64,000 bases of DNA from Chloroflexota bacterium (GTDB lineage Bacteria; Chloroflexota; UBA11872; VXOZ01), in assembly GCA_963663275.1 (NCBI GenBank), contig OY760183.1:864001-928000 (forward strand), written 5' to 3'. The number at the start of each line of letters is the position of its first letter. Within the stretch, counting starts at the first letter, position 1. The notes beneath the pieces were generated by a model that saw only the letters and a list, made by a program, of their open reading frames with translations, ran no database searches and had not been told where the DNA came from. Shown in pieces: positions 55,427-64,000 of this stretch. A program made the translations under genes and the position numbers.

Positions 55427-55669
55427 CGGATTCGTTGCTTCCTATTAAGAGTCTATTCGCGTGCCCTCTCCTCGACGAGAGGTGTCAAGGGCGCTTCCGG
55501 TCCCCTCTCCCTCAGTGAGAGGTTTCAAGCGCGCTTCCGGTTCCCTCTCCCTGGGGGAGAGGGTTAGGGTGAGGGGGTCAGGGTCGGCAGCGCGCGTTTC
55601 CCCCTCACCCCGGCCCTCTCCCCAGGGAGAGGGAGTTCATCAATCCGGCCCACCGTCCCCGCTCCCCAG

Positions 55670-55829
55670 CTGACAGGGGTAGGCATACTACATTCGACTT
55701 CTATTGTCATTCCGAGCGGAGCGCAGCGGAGAGAGGAATCTAAGGCTTTCGCTGCAAGAATGTCGGTTCTAGATTCCGCGAACCCTGTTCGACGCTCCGC
55801 TCGGAATGACACTTGCCTACCCCTGTCAG
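55670..55829. mobile_element. MITE with 11-bp (10/11) target duplication
   Basis: TIR CTGACAGGGGTAGGCA / TGCCTACCCCTGTCAG; flanks CCGCTCCCCAG / CCTCTCCCCAG. Confidence 0.8.
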
Positions 55830-55912
55830 CCTCTCCCCAGGGAGAGGCAGTCCAATCGCAGGCCGTCCAACTCGGCGGCATCTCTCGCGGCATCGCAATC
55901 ACCCGCGTTCGT

Positions 55913-56131
55913 TCACGGCACCGGATCGGCGCCGCCTGGGTGGAACGGGTGGCAGCGCGCAATGCGTTTAAGTCCCAGCCAGCCGCCCCGCAGCAGTCCG
56001 TAGCGCGCAATCGCGTCGTAACAGTATTCGGAGCACGTCGGCGCGTAGCGGCAGGCGGGCGGCAGCAGGGGTGAAATCGCCAGCCGGTACGCCTGGATCA
56101 GCCGCAGGGCCACCGCGCTACTCAGCGGCAC
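55913..56131 (-). CDS. yidD: Membrane protein insertion efficiency factor
   Basis: [33 protein letters not shown]. Confidence 0.93.
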   Translation of the reverse strand: MPLSSAVALRLIQAYRLAISPLLPPACRYAPTCSEYCYDAIARYGLLRGGWLGLKRIARCHPFHPGGADPVP

Positions 56132-56547
56132 GTCTCGTCTTCTCCCCGTCTCTCTGTATGCGGTTGGGCCGGCGGGTTGCGCGGCCGCCGCGGCTTGTAG
56201 TCCGGGGGCAGCAGTCCCGCGCGCCGCAGCGCCGTATACACGTGCCGGTCCAGCGCCCGGAAAGAGGCCGCCGCCGCGCCCGGCCGCGCGATGAACACCA
56301 GGTCCATCCCCGGCCGCACCTGCGGATAGTGCATGCGCGCCGATTCCCGCAGCCGCCGCCGCACCCGGTTGCGGGTTACGGCATTGCCAAGGCGCTTGGA
56401 CGTAATGAAACCGCACCGGCTGCGCGCCCGGTCGTTGGGCTTCACCAGCAGGCGCACGGACTGCGCCGACCATGCTTTGCCCTCCGCCAGGACCGCGGCA
56501 AAATCAGCCTGTTTCCTCAGCTTCTCCGTTTGGTTCCATCCTCGCAA
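56122..56547 (-). CDS. rnpA: Ribonuclease P protein component
   Basis: [23 protein letters not shown] (RNR motif). Confidence 0.94.
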   Translation of the reverse strand: MRGWNQTEKLRKQADFAAVLAEGKAWSAQSVRLLVKPNDRARSRCGFITSKRLGNAVTRNRVRRRLRESARMHYPQVRPGMDLVFIARPGAAAASFRALDRHVYTALRRAGLLPPDYKPRRPRNPPAQPHTERRGEDETCR

Positions 56548-56625
56548 TGCGGTTCCCGCGCCATCGCCGCAGGCGGGCGGAGAGCCGCGCCCCCGCGCTC
56601 CCGGGAGCGCGCGGAACCGGCGCGC

Positions 56626-56763
56626 TCACACCGCCAGCCGCGTGCGTTGCTTCGTGCGCCGATGCTTCAGTATGCGTCTGCCCGCGCGCGTGGACATGCG
56701 CGCGCGAAAGCCGTGCCGGCGCGACCGCCGCCGCACTTTCGGTTGATACGTTCGCTTGGGCAT
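56626..56763 (-). CDS. rpmH: 50S ribosomal protein L34 (not in ORF track)
   Basis: Translates [45 protein letters not shown]; RBS AAGGA. Confidence 0.96.
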   Translation of the reverse strand: MPKRTYQPKVRRRSRRHGFRARMSTRAGRRILKHRRTKQRTRLAV

Positions 56764-56878
56764 TTGCCAGTATTCCTTCTTTTCTCTATCTGGTCTTTAC
56801 TATAGCACTCCGCTGGGACTTCGGCAAAGCGCGGCGGTTCGCGGCGCAGGCAAGGCAGCGCGGCCGCGGCGGCGCAAG

Positions 56879-56959
56879 GCGGCCCCGGGAGTCTGCGCCG
56901 TCTCCTTAATGCTACGCCGAGAGCCGGTGTCTGTGGCGGGGCGCCGGCTCTCGCATTTG
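56879..56959 (+). repeat. About 80-bp direct repeat with hairpin (second copy 59029-59108)
   Basis: GGCCCCGGG.GTCTG...GTCTCCTTA.TGCTACG.CGAGAGCCGGTGT..GTGGC.GG.C.CCGGCTCT.GCATTTG present in both copies. Confidence 0.8.
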
Positions 56960-56999
56960 ATTCGCTTTTGCGGTCAATTCAATATAGAGAGCCGTAGGC

Positions 57000-57028
57000 T
57001 TGCATTGAATAATACGGTATGATAGACT
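57000..57028 (+). promoter_or_regulatory. Putative sigma70 promoter with long 5' leader
   Basis: TTGCAT-N17-TAGACT with extended TG; about 240 nt upstream of GTG 57277. Confidence 0.5.
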
Positions 57029-57276
57029 GTCCGCATCGAGAATACCGTGCTATTGGCGTCAACGGTCGGATCAAACCCAATGATCCCCCCTGGCCTGCCA
57101 CCTGGGGAGTGTAGCGTACACCCACGAATTTCCCCTCTAAGCGCGGAATAGTCATGCATTAAGAAGGGAGTGTATATATGCACGCGCCGGCATAGTCCGG
57201 TATTTTGGGTGTCTCTTGCGAATGTTCAACGCCCGCCGCCGCGGAAGGCGGGCGCCTCTAGCGAAAGGAAAGGACT

Positions 57277-58937
57277 GTGAGACTAGTGTCTCGTTTGTTG
57301 AGCGTCATGCTGGCGCTCATCCTGCTGGCCACCGGCTTCATTACGGCGTCGGCGGTTTCGGATGCGGACCATGGAACAAACGTGCCGGGCGAATCCGACG
57401 TCAAGGAGTACGCGCGCATCACCATCACGCGGACCGACGACAATGAAATGGTGCATCCGAACACCAAGCTGACGTTCACCATCATCGTCGAGCGCCTGAT
57501 TGACGGTCATGCGATCCCCGGAGGGTACGATAGCACCACCTTTAACCTGACGGGGCCTGATGCAACCTCCGCCAATGGCGCGGACGACAATCTACGTGCT
57601 GTATCTCAATGATGAGAACCCATACCGGTCGGTGAACGTCGAGTACAAGGTAACGACCGATGACCTGGGCGCCGGCGTGGCCAGCCGCACGGTGCCGCTG
57701 AAGTGGACGTTCACATTCCAGATTGCGGACGAAGACTTGGACTCGGACAATGACGGCGACATCGATTCAGACGACAATCCGGCGAACCAGCACCCGTCCA
57801 GTGCAGTGTCTGTTACTGCCACCATCGACGTTGACGTGACCAAGCGTCCGGGCGCGGGCGCGGGTGATTCGGGCGTTTCGATCATGTTCGACGTGACCGA
57901 GCCGGACGAGATCGCCAAGGGCAAAGAGGTCAAGTTCGCGTTCACGACCTCCACGGGCAAGTACAGCCTCGCCGCCAAGTCCGTGATCGTCAAGAAGCAG
58001 TTGAAGGACGCGGACGGCGAGAAGGTGGGCAACGCGCTGCCGGTAGCGGTGGATTACATTGCCGGCGCTGCAGAGCAACGCGGTGAGCAAAGCCAAGAAG
58101 ACGACCCCCGAGGAGTACAAGCTGCTGCAGAGCGAAGTGGACGCCCTGGCGGACGGCGGCACGCTGGAGTTCTCCTATGAACTGCAGCTTACCGAGGTGA
58201 CCTCAGTAAGGACATCAACGGCGACGGAGACTTTGGAATGGACACCACTGATGCAAACCCGGATGTCCTGCTACAAACCGATGATCTGCCACTATCAACA
58301 CCCACGACAACGGTGGAGAAGTTGAGCGATACGTACGTGATGGGTTCCCCGCCGGCGCCTGAGCCGACGGCGGTGCCGCCGATTGGCATGAACGACGCGG
58401 CCACGGTGGACCAGGGTCCCGGCAATCGCATCGACGTGACCTTGGCCGACGGCACCGAGTTCAGCCTGTTCGCGGGCTACGTGGCGGACGACGGCGTCAC
58501 GCGCTCGTACCACAGAAGCGGCTACATCCGGGATAACGACCTGGGCCAGACCTACGCGGTGGTGAAGCGCGACGTGGACGGCATGGTGGTGCGCGTGTGG
58601 ATACCCGCGGGCAGCGACCTACGTGAACGAGGTGCCGTGGGCGAACGTGCTGGCGAACTTCACCGTCGATACGATGGTGGTGGAAGCCATCCCGTTGGAT
58701 GAGTTGTATCCGGTGGACGGCCAGTTGGTGCGCAACACCAACGACGACCGCATCTACGTGTACGCGGGCGGCGAATGGCGGTGGATACCCGACATTCCGA
58801 CGTTCCAGGCATGGGGTTTCTACTGGTGCAACATCACGGCGGCGGACGCAGGGTTCTTCGACCGCGTGACCACCGGCAACCCGTTGCCGCGCAGTGGCAC
58901 GCAGGACGATCCGAACTACCCGGTCTGCCACTCGTAG
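57277..58937 (+). pseudogene. Secreted/surface protein gene broken by about 4 frameshifts (or assembly errors)
   Basis: Signal peptide; five overlapping ORFs form one plausible protein with DxDxDG motifs and C-terminal IYVYAGGEWRWIP..F..WG..W. Confidence 0.7.
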
Positions 58938-59380
58938 AGACGCATTGAAGCTGTATGGGCGGTACACACTACACAACCCAATGTATAGGAGTGACCGGGA
59001 AGGCGAAGGCGCGATGACCGCGCGCTGAGCGGCCCCGGGGGTCTGTACAGTCTCCTTATGCTACGGCGAGAGCCGGTGTTTGTGGCAGGACACCGGCTCT
59101 TGCATTTGCGTTAATGCGCCGTTCCCCCCTCACCCCGGCCCTCTCTCCAGCCGGCAGGAGTATGTACGCCATGTCCGTTTTCTCGTGTCATTCCGAGCGC
59201 AGCGTAGCGGAGAGAGGAATCTAGGGCAGTGACCCGCAAATCCAGCATCTCTAGATTCCTCGCTGCGCTCCGCTCCGCTCGGAATGACAGTTACGTTCAC
59301 CTGTCCGCTCGGAATGACAGTTCCATCCACCTGTCAGACAGGGAGAGGGGAGAAGCCGAAGAGGTACGACATGCGCACAG

Positions 59381-59755
59381 GCCCGCTCCCGGTGTAGGGG
59401 CACGACATCATGTTGCAGGGGCCCGCTCCCGGTGTAGGGGCACGACATCATGTTGCAGGGGCCCGCTCCCGGTGTAGGGGCACGACATCATGTTGCAGGG
59501 GCCCGTTCCCGGTGTAGGGGCACGACATCATGTTGCAGGGCCCCGTTCCCGGTGTAGGGGCACGACATCATGTTGCAGGGCCCCGTTCCCGGTGTAGGGG
59601 CACGACATCATGTTGCAGGGGCCCGCTCCCGGTGTAGGGGCACGACATCATGTTGCAGGGGCCCGTTCCCGGTGTAGGGGCACGACATCATGTTGCAGGG
59701 GCCCGTTCCCGGTGTAGGGGCACGACATGTCGTGCCCCTACACCGGGAACGGGCC
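59381..59755. repeat. 40-bp tandem repeat (8 full units) ending in a perfect 56-bp palindrome
   Basis: Unit GCCCG(C/T)TCCCGGTGTAGGGGCACGACATCATGTTGCAGGG; palindrome at 59700-59755. Confidence 0.95.
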
Positions 59756-59977
59756 GGTGTTGATGGAAGGGAAACCGCCGCTGCCGGGGGTGGGGGCAAG
59801 AAACGGACGCGGTTTGCACGGCTTTGGCGAATGTAGCATGATTAAGCGGAAGCATCTGCGCCAATGCGCGCCGGGTTGAGTCCGGCGCCGTGTGGAGACG
59901 GCTTTCCGCCCGCGCGGCCATGACCGTAGGCGGGCAAGACGGCAAGACGTCCACACAACCCAATCAGGAGGTCGGTT

Positions 59978-60943
59978 GTGGGAGAACCGTACGCGTTTTT
60001 CGAAGGCAACGTGGTGCCGCTCGCCGAAGCCAAAGTCGGCATCATGACCCACGCGCTCAACTACGGCACCGGCTGTTTCGAGGGCATCCGGGGCTACTGG
60101 GTGCCGGAGGACGAGCAGGTCTATCTATTCCGCGCGCGCGAGCACTTCGAGCGCCTGCACCGCTCGGCGCACATCCTGCGCATGAAGGTGCGCTTCAGCC
60201 CGGCGGAACTCACCCGGCTGGCCTGTGACCTGGTTGCCAAATGCGGCTACCGGGAAGACGTCTACGTGCGCCCGCTGGTCTACAAGAGCGCCGAGCAGGT
60301 GGGCCTCTCCCTGGTGCGCGCCGCGCCGGACGGCGGCCTGGAGGACGTGCCCAACGACTTCTTCATGTTCACCGTGCCCTTTGGGGCGTACCTGGACCTG
60401 GAAAAGCCCATTCGCGTCACCGTCTCGCCCTGGCGGCGCATCGACGATAACGTGATCCCGCCCCGGGCGAAAGTGACCGGGCTGTACATCAACTCCGCGC
60501 TGGCGACCTCCGAGGCGAAGATCCTGGGTTTCGACGAAGCCATCATGCTGAACGGCGACGGCACCGTGTCCGAAGGCCCGGGCGAAAACATCTTCCTGCT
60601 GCGCGACGGCAAGCTGATCACCACCGGCCCGGATTCCAACATCCTGGAAGGCATCACGCGCCACGCGGTGATGACGCTGGCGCGGGATGAACTCGGCCTC
60701 CAGGTGGAGGAACGGCGCGTGGCGCGCACGGAACTCTACGTGGCCGACGAACTCTTCTTTACCGGCACGGCCGCCCAGATTTCGGCAATCGGCGAGGTGG
60801 ACGGCAGGGTGATCGGCAACGGCGAAATCGGGCCGGTCGCGGCCCAGTTGCAGAAGGTCTTCTTCGACGCCGTGCGCAACCGCAATCCCAAGTACGCCGC
60901 CTGGTGCGCGGCGGTCTATCCCGCGACCGCCGGCGTGAAGTAG
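59978..60943 (+). CDS. ilvE: Branched-chain amino acid aminotransferase
   Basis: HALNYGTGCFEGIR, AKVTGLY, EGPGENIF, ILEGITR, FFTGTAA. Confidence 0.93.
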   Translation: MGEPYAFFEGNVVPLAEAKVGIMTHALNYGTGCFEGIRGYWVPEDEQVYLFRAREHFERLHRSAHILRMKVRFSPAELTRLACDLVAKCGYREDVYVRPLVYKSAEQVGLSLVRAAPDGGLEDVPNDFFMFTVPFGAYLDLEKPIRVTVSPWRRIDDNVIPPRAKVTGLYINSALATSEAKILGFDEAIMLNGDGTVSEGPGENIFLLRDGKLITTGPDSNILEGITRHAVMTLARDELGLQVEERRVARTELYVADELFFTGTAAQISAIGEVDGRVIGNGEIGPVAAQLQKVFFDAVRNRNPKYAAWCAAVYPATAGVK

Positions 60944-60994
60944 CGCGGACGCCAAGTCTCCCGCCGCTCGATGCCGGCCGCTGTAAGGAGAGCG

Positions 60995-61372
60995 ATGGCA
61001 GAGGAAACCGGCCGCGATACGGCAGCCGCCCGCCCGCCCGCCTACCGCTGCTGGCGGGATAAGGCGTTTCTCGCCTATCTGATACTGGCCCTGCTGATCA
61101 ACGCGGCGCTGTTCATCGCCGTCCTGGGCGTCTACCCGCAGTTGCCGGAACGCCTGCCGGTGCTCTTCAACGCCCAGGGCCAAGCTGACTTCGTTGCCAA
61201 TAAGGCGCATCTCTTCCGCCTGCCGCTGGGGGTGATGCTGGTGACGGTCGTGAACGCCGCGGCGGCCGCGTTCGCGCTGCGCGGCGGCGCTTTTGGCGCC
61301 CGCCTAGTGATGCTGGCAAGCTGTTGGACGGGACTGCTGCTCCTGGCCGGCCTGTGGTTCATCGTTAACTAA
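60995..61372 (+). CDS. Membrane protein (DUF1648-like)
   Basis: YPQLPERLPVLFNAQGQAD motif; 3 TM; RBS AAGGAG. Confidence 0.7.
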   Translation: MAEETGRDTAAARPPAYRCWRDKAFLAYLILALLINAALFIAVLGVYPQLPERLPVLFNAQGQADFVANKAHLFRLPLGVMLVTVVNAAAAAFALRGGAFGARLVMLASCWTGLLLLAGLWFIVN

Positions 61373-61386
61373 GGAGAACGCATTTC

Positions 61387-62133
61387 ATGCAATTGGAGGG
61401 AAAGAGCGCCATCGTTACCGGCGGCGCGACCGGCATCGGCCGCGCGGTCTGCCTGGCGCTGGCGCGTGAGGGCGCGAGCGTGGTGGTCAACTACTCCAGA
61501 TCTCAAAAGGAGGCAGAGCAAACCGCGCGCGACGCCACCGCGGCTGGCGGGACGGGCGTGACCTTCAAGGCCGACGTGGCCGACGAAGGCAAGGTGAAGC
61601 AGATGGTGGCCTTTGCCCACGATTCCTTTGGCCGCGTGGACGCGCTGGTGAACAACGCGGGCTACACCCAGTTCATCGACCATACCGAACTGGATAAGCT
61701 CACGGACGAACTCTGGGACCGCATCTACGCCGTGAACGTGAAAGGCGCTTTCTACGGCATCCGCGCCGTTGCGCCCATCATGCAGGCGCAAGGGAGCGGC
61801 AGCATCGTGAACGTCGCGTCGGTGGCCGGCATTACCGGCGGCGGCAGTTCGGTGCCCTACGCCGCTTCCAAAGCCGCGCTGATCGCCCTGACCAAGTCCA
61901 TGGCCGCCGCGCTGGGACCGGCAATCCGCGTGAATACGGTGTCGCCGGGCCTGATATACACCCGCTGGACGGAAGATTACCCGGATCGCAACGAGGAGAT
62001 TCGCCAAGGCACGATCATGCAACGCCTGGGCACGCCGGCGGACATCGCCGCGGCGACCCACTACCTGATCTGCAGCGCGGACTGGGTAACCGGCCAGAAT
62101 CTGGTCATCGACGGCGGCAGAGGGGTCGGCTAG
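61387..62133 (+). CDS. SDR family oxidoreductase
   Basis: TGGATGIG, NNAG, YAASK. Confidence 0.93.
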   Translation: MQLEGKSAIVTGGATGIGRAVCLALAREGASVVVNYSRSQKEAEQTARDATAAGGTGVTFKADVADEGKVKQMVAFAHDSFGRVDALVNNAGYTQFIDHTELDKLTDELWDRIYAVNVKGAFYGIRAVAPIMQAQGSGSIVNVASVAGITGGGSSVPYAASKAALIALTKSMAAALGPAIRVNTVSPGLIYTRWTEDYPDRNEEIRQGTIMQRLGTPADIAAATHYLICSADWVTGQNLVIDGGRGVG

Positions 62134-62180
62134 GCGCGCGCCTGGTTGTTGCCGCCACAGAGATTGGAAGGACACTGCCC

Positions 62181-62693
62181 ATGCCCGTTGACGAGACATT
62201 CCTGGCGGAGATGAACATTCGCCCGTACCGGCCCGCCGACGAAGCGCGGGTGAAAGAACTCACCATCGCCGCGTTTACCGGCGTCAGCATCGAGCACAAC
62301 ATCGAGAATAGCTGGCCCGGCCTGCTGCCGCTGCCGTGGGGCGAGCGCAAGTGGCCCATGGTGGCCGGCGACCTCACCGACCATCCGGAAGATTGCTTCG
62401 TGGCCGAGCACGAGGGCGCGGTGATCGCGTTCGCCACCACGCGCATCAACCGCGCGAACAGCGTCGGCCAAATCCCCGACATGGCGGTGGACGCGCGCTA
62501 TCGCGGCAAGGGCATCGGCCGCCGGTTGATCGAGCACTGCCTCCAGCACTTCCGGGAACAGCAACTCACGCTGGCGCGCATCGAAACCTTGTCCCAAAAT
62601 CCCATCGGCCGCCACCTCTATCCCGACCTGGGCTTCCAGGAGGTGGCGCAACAGATCTTCTACGCCATGCCGCTGGAGCCGGAGAGCGAGTGA
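62181..62693 (+). CDS. GNAT family N-acetyltransferase
   Basis: AVDARYRGKGIGRRL, N..GR.LY..LGF. Confidence 0.9.
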   Translation: MPVDETFLAEMNIRPYRPADEARVKELTIAAFTGVSIEHNIENSWPGLLPLPWGERKWPMVAGDLTDHPEDCFVAEHEGAVIAFATTRINRANSVGQIPDMAVDARYRGKGIGRRLIEHCLQHFREQQLTLARIETLSQNPIGRHLYPDLGFQEVAQQIFYAMPLEPESE

Positions 62694-62870
62694 AGCGCGT
62701 ACCGGCTACCTCGTCATTGCCATGAGAGACAGACCGCAGCCGGTCCGTTTTCTCCACGCACGCGGGTGAACTTCCGCGTAGGGGCGGTTCGCGAGCCGCC
62801 CCTACGGCGCAAGACCCATACGTTGTTACACGGGCGGCTGCCGAAGGGTCGGCTACCGAGGAAGTGCGCA

Positions 62871-63764
62871 ATGAACATCGGCGTGATTGGGCCGGGGCGC
62901 GTGGGCGCGGGGCTGGCGCGGCTGCTGGCGGAGCGGGGCTACGCGGTGCGCGCCGTGGCGGGCCGGAGCGCGGCGGGCGTTCAGGCGCTGGCCGCGGCCC
63001 TGCCGGTGTGTGAGGCCGCCAGCGCGCAGACCGTGGCGGACACCTGCGACCTCGTCTTCATCACCACGCCGGACAGCGCCATTGCGGCCGCGGCGCGTGA
63101 CGTAACCTGGCGGCGGGAGCAGGGCGTCGTCCATTGCGCCGGGGCGCTGCCGGCCGCGGAACTTTCCTCAGTGGAGAAGTTTGGCGCGCTGCCCGGCGCG
63201 TTCCATCCGTTGCAGACCCTGCCGGACGCCCGGGCGGCGTTCACGAACCTGCCCGGCTCGTTCGTCGCCATCGAGGCGGCAGAGCCATTGCGCGCCAGGC
63301 TCATCGCAATCGCCGCCGACCTGGGGTGCGTGTGGGGCTACGTGCCGCCGGAGGCGCGGCCGGCCTATCACGCCGCGGCGGCGCTGGTCTCGAACTACAC
63401 CGTAGCCCTGGCGCACGCCGGCGTCGACCTCTGGCGCGCGCTGGGCAAATCCGAGCAGGAAGCCCTGGACGCGCTGCTGCCCCTGCTGCAAGGCGCCGCG
63501 CGCAACCTCCGCCGGCTGGGCCCCACCGGCGCCCTCACCGGCCCGGTGGCGCGCGGCGACTGGGCCACCGTAGCGCAAAACCTGGCGGCCATAGAGCGGA
63601 CCGCGCCGCAACACACGTTTACCTACGCTGCAATGGCGCTGTCGATGATATACAATGATTTGGCGTCCGCCGCCGGCGCAGAGGCCGCCGCCGGCAGGGA
63701 CGCAATCGAAGAAGAGTTGCGCTCGCTGCTGTGCGCAGCAGCGAGAAACCGGGGGAAACCATGA
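62871..63764 (+). CDS. Rossmann + DUF2520 protein (PanG-like ketopantoate reductase candidate)
   Basis: [38 protein letters not shown]; overlaps panB. Confidence 0.85.
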   Translation: MNIGVIGPGRVGAGLARLLAERGYAVRAVAGRSAAGVQALAAALPVCEAASAQTVADTCDLVFITTPDSAIAAAARDVTWRREQGVVHCAGALPAAELSSVEKFGALPGAFHPLQTLPDARAAFTNLPGSFVAIEAAEPLRARLIAIAADLGCVWGYVPPEARPAYHAAAALVSNYTVALAHAGVDLWRALGKSEQEALDALLPLLQGAARNLRRLGPTGALTGPVARGDWATVAQNLAAIERTAPQHTFTYAAMALSMIYNDLASAAGAEAAAGRDAIEEELRSLLCAAARNRGKP

Positions 63765-64000
63765 GCGCCGCGCGCGTAACCACTGCCGATCTCAAGCGCA
63801 TGAAGGCGGAAGGGCGCAAGATCGTCATGCTTACGGCCTACGACGCGCCGCTGGCGCACTTCGTGGAAGCCGCCGGCGTGCCCGCGATCCTGGTGGGCGA
63901 CAGCCTGGGCAATACGGTGCTGGGCTACGAGAATACCTTGCCCGTCACCGTGGAAGACATCCTGCGCCACACACAGGCCGTGGTGCGCGGCACGCGCCGG
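63761..64000 (+). CDS. panB: 3-methyl-2-oxobutanoate hydroxymethyltransferase (5' part, runs off the window)
   Basis: Translates [28 protein letters not shown]...[19 protein letters not shown]. Confidence 0.95.
   Translation, partial: MSAARVTTADLKRMKAEGRKIVMLTAYDAPLAHFVEAAGVPAILVGDSLGNTVLGYENTLPVTVEDILRHTQAVVRGTRR

Noticed and set aside
56764-57276. oriC/dnaA next to rpmH
   Set aside because: No dnaA gene is present and I saw no TTATCCACA boxes in the interval.
57277-58937. Diversity-generating retroelement target or programmed frameshifting
   Set aside because: No reverse transcriptase or TR/VR pair was seen; the shifts are mixed in direction and lack slippery motifs.
59381-59755. CRISPR array
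   Set aside because: Units are contiguous and essentially identical, with no unique spacers; no cas genes are in the window.
599-63970. Many long antisense or alternate-frame ORFs (e.g. 599-1966, 3709-5082, 19734-21212, 45952-47517, 60125-61210)
   Set aside because: They are shadow ORFs typical of high-GC DNA, overlap well-supported genes, are Arg/Ala/Gly-rich and have no motifs.

Overview
GC-rich bacterial chromosome segment. Gene content (monoderm-type YidC, split XdhC, plant-type LRR protein, Cache lipoproteins) suggests a Chloroflexota-like organism; this is inference. The backbone is housekeeping: mtaB-hinT, prmA, dnaJ-grpE, proC-comEC, nadD-rsfS, mutS2, two CAT tRNAs, birA, jag-yidC-yidD-rnpA-rpmH, ilvE and panB. 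Several small, visibly lower-GC cassettes interrupt it: (1) a type II R-M pair coupled to dnaJ; (2) an ABC-ATPase/TOPRIM nuclease; (3) a Panacea/YwgA-like gene coupled to a proteasome-beta-like Thr protease, the best candidate for an undescribed system; (4) a tRNA-adjacent island with a PIN pair and a type IIG/ISP-like R-M gene whose 3' end is duplicated downstream and whose ORF contains in-frame REP palindromes; (5) a GIY-YIG pair. Intergenic DNA is crowded with REP-like palindromes, a MITE with 10-11 bp target duplications inserted into other REPs, and tandem arrays built from REP half-arms. No CRISPR array, cas gene, transposase, integrase or rRNA was seen. All calls come from reading motifs by eye; no database searches were run, and GC shifts were judged by eye.
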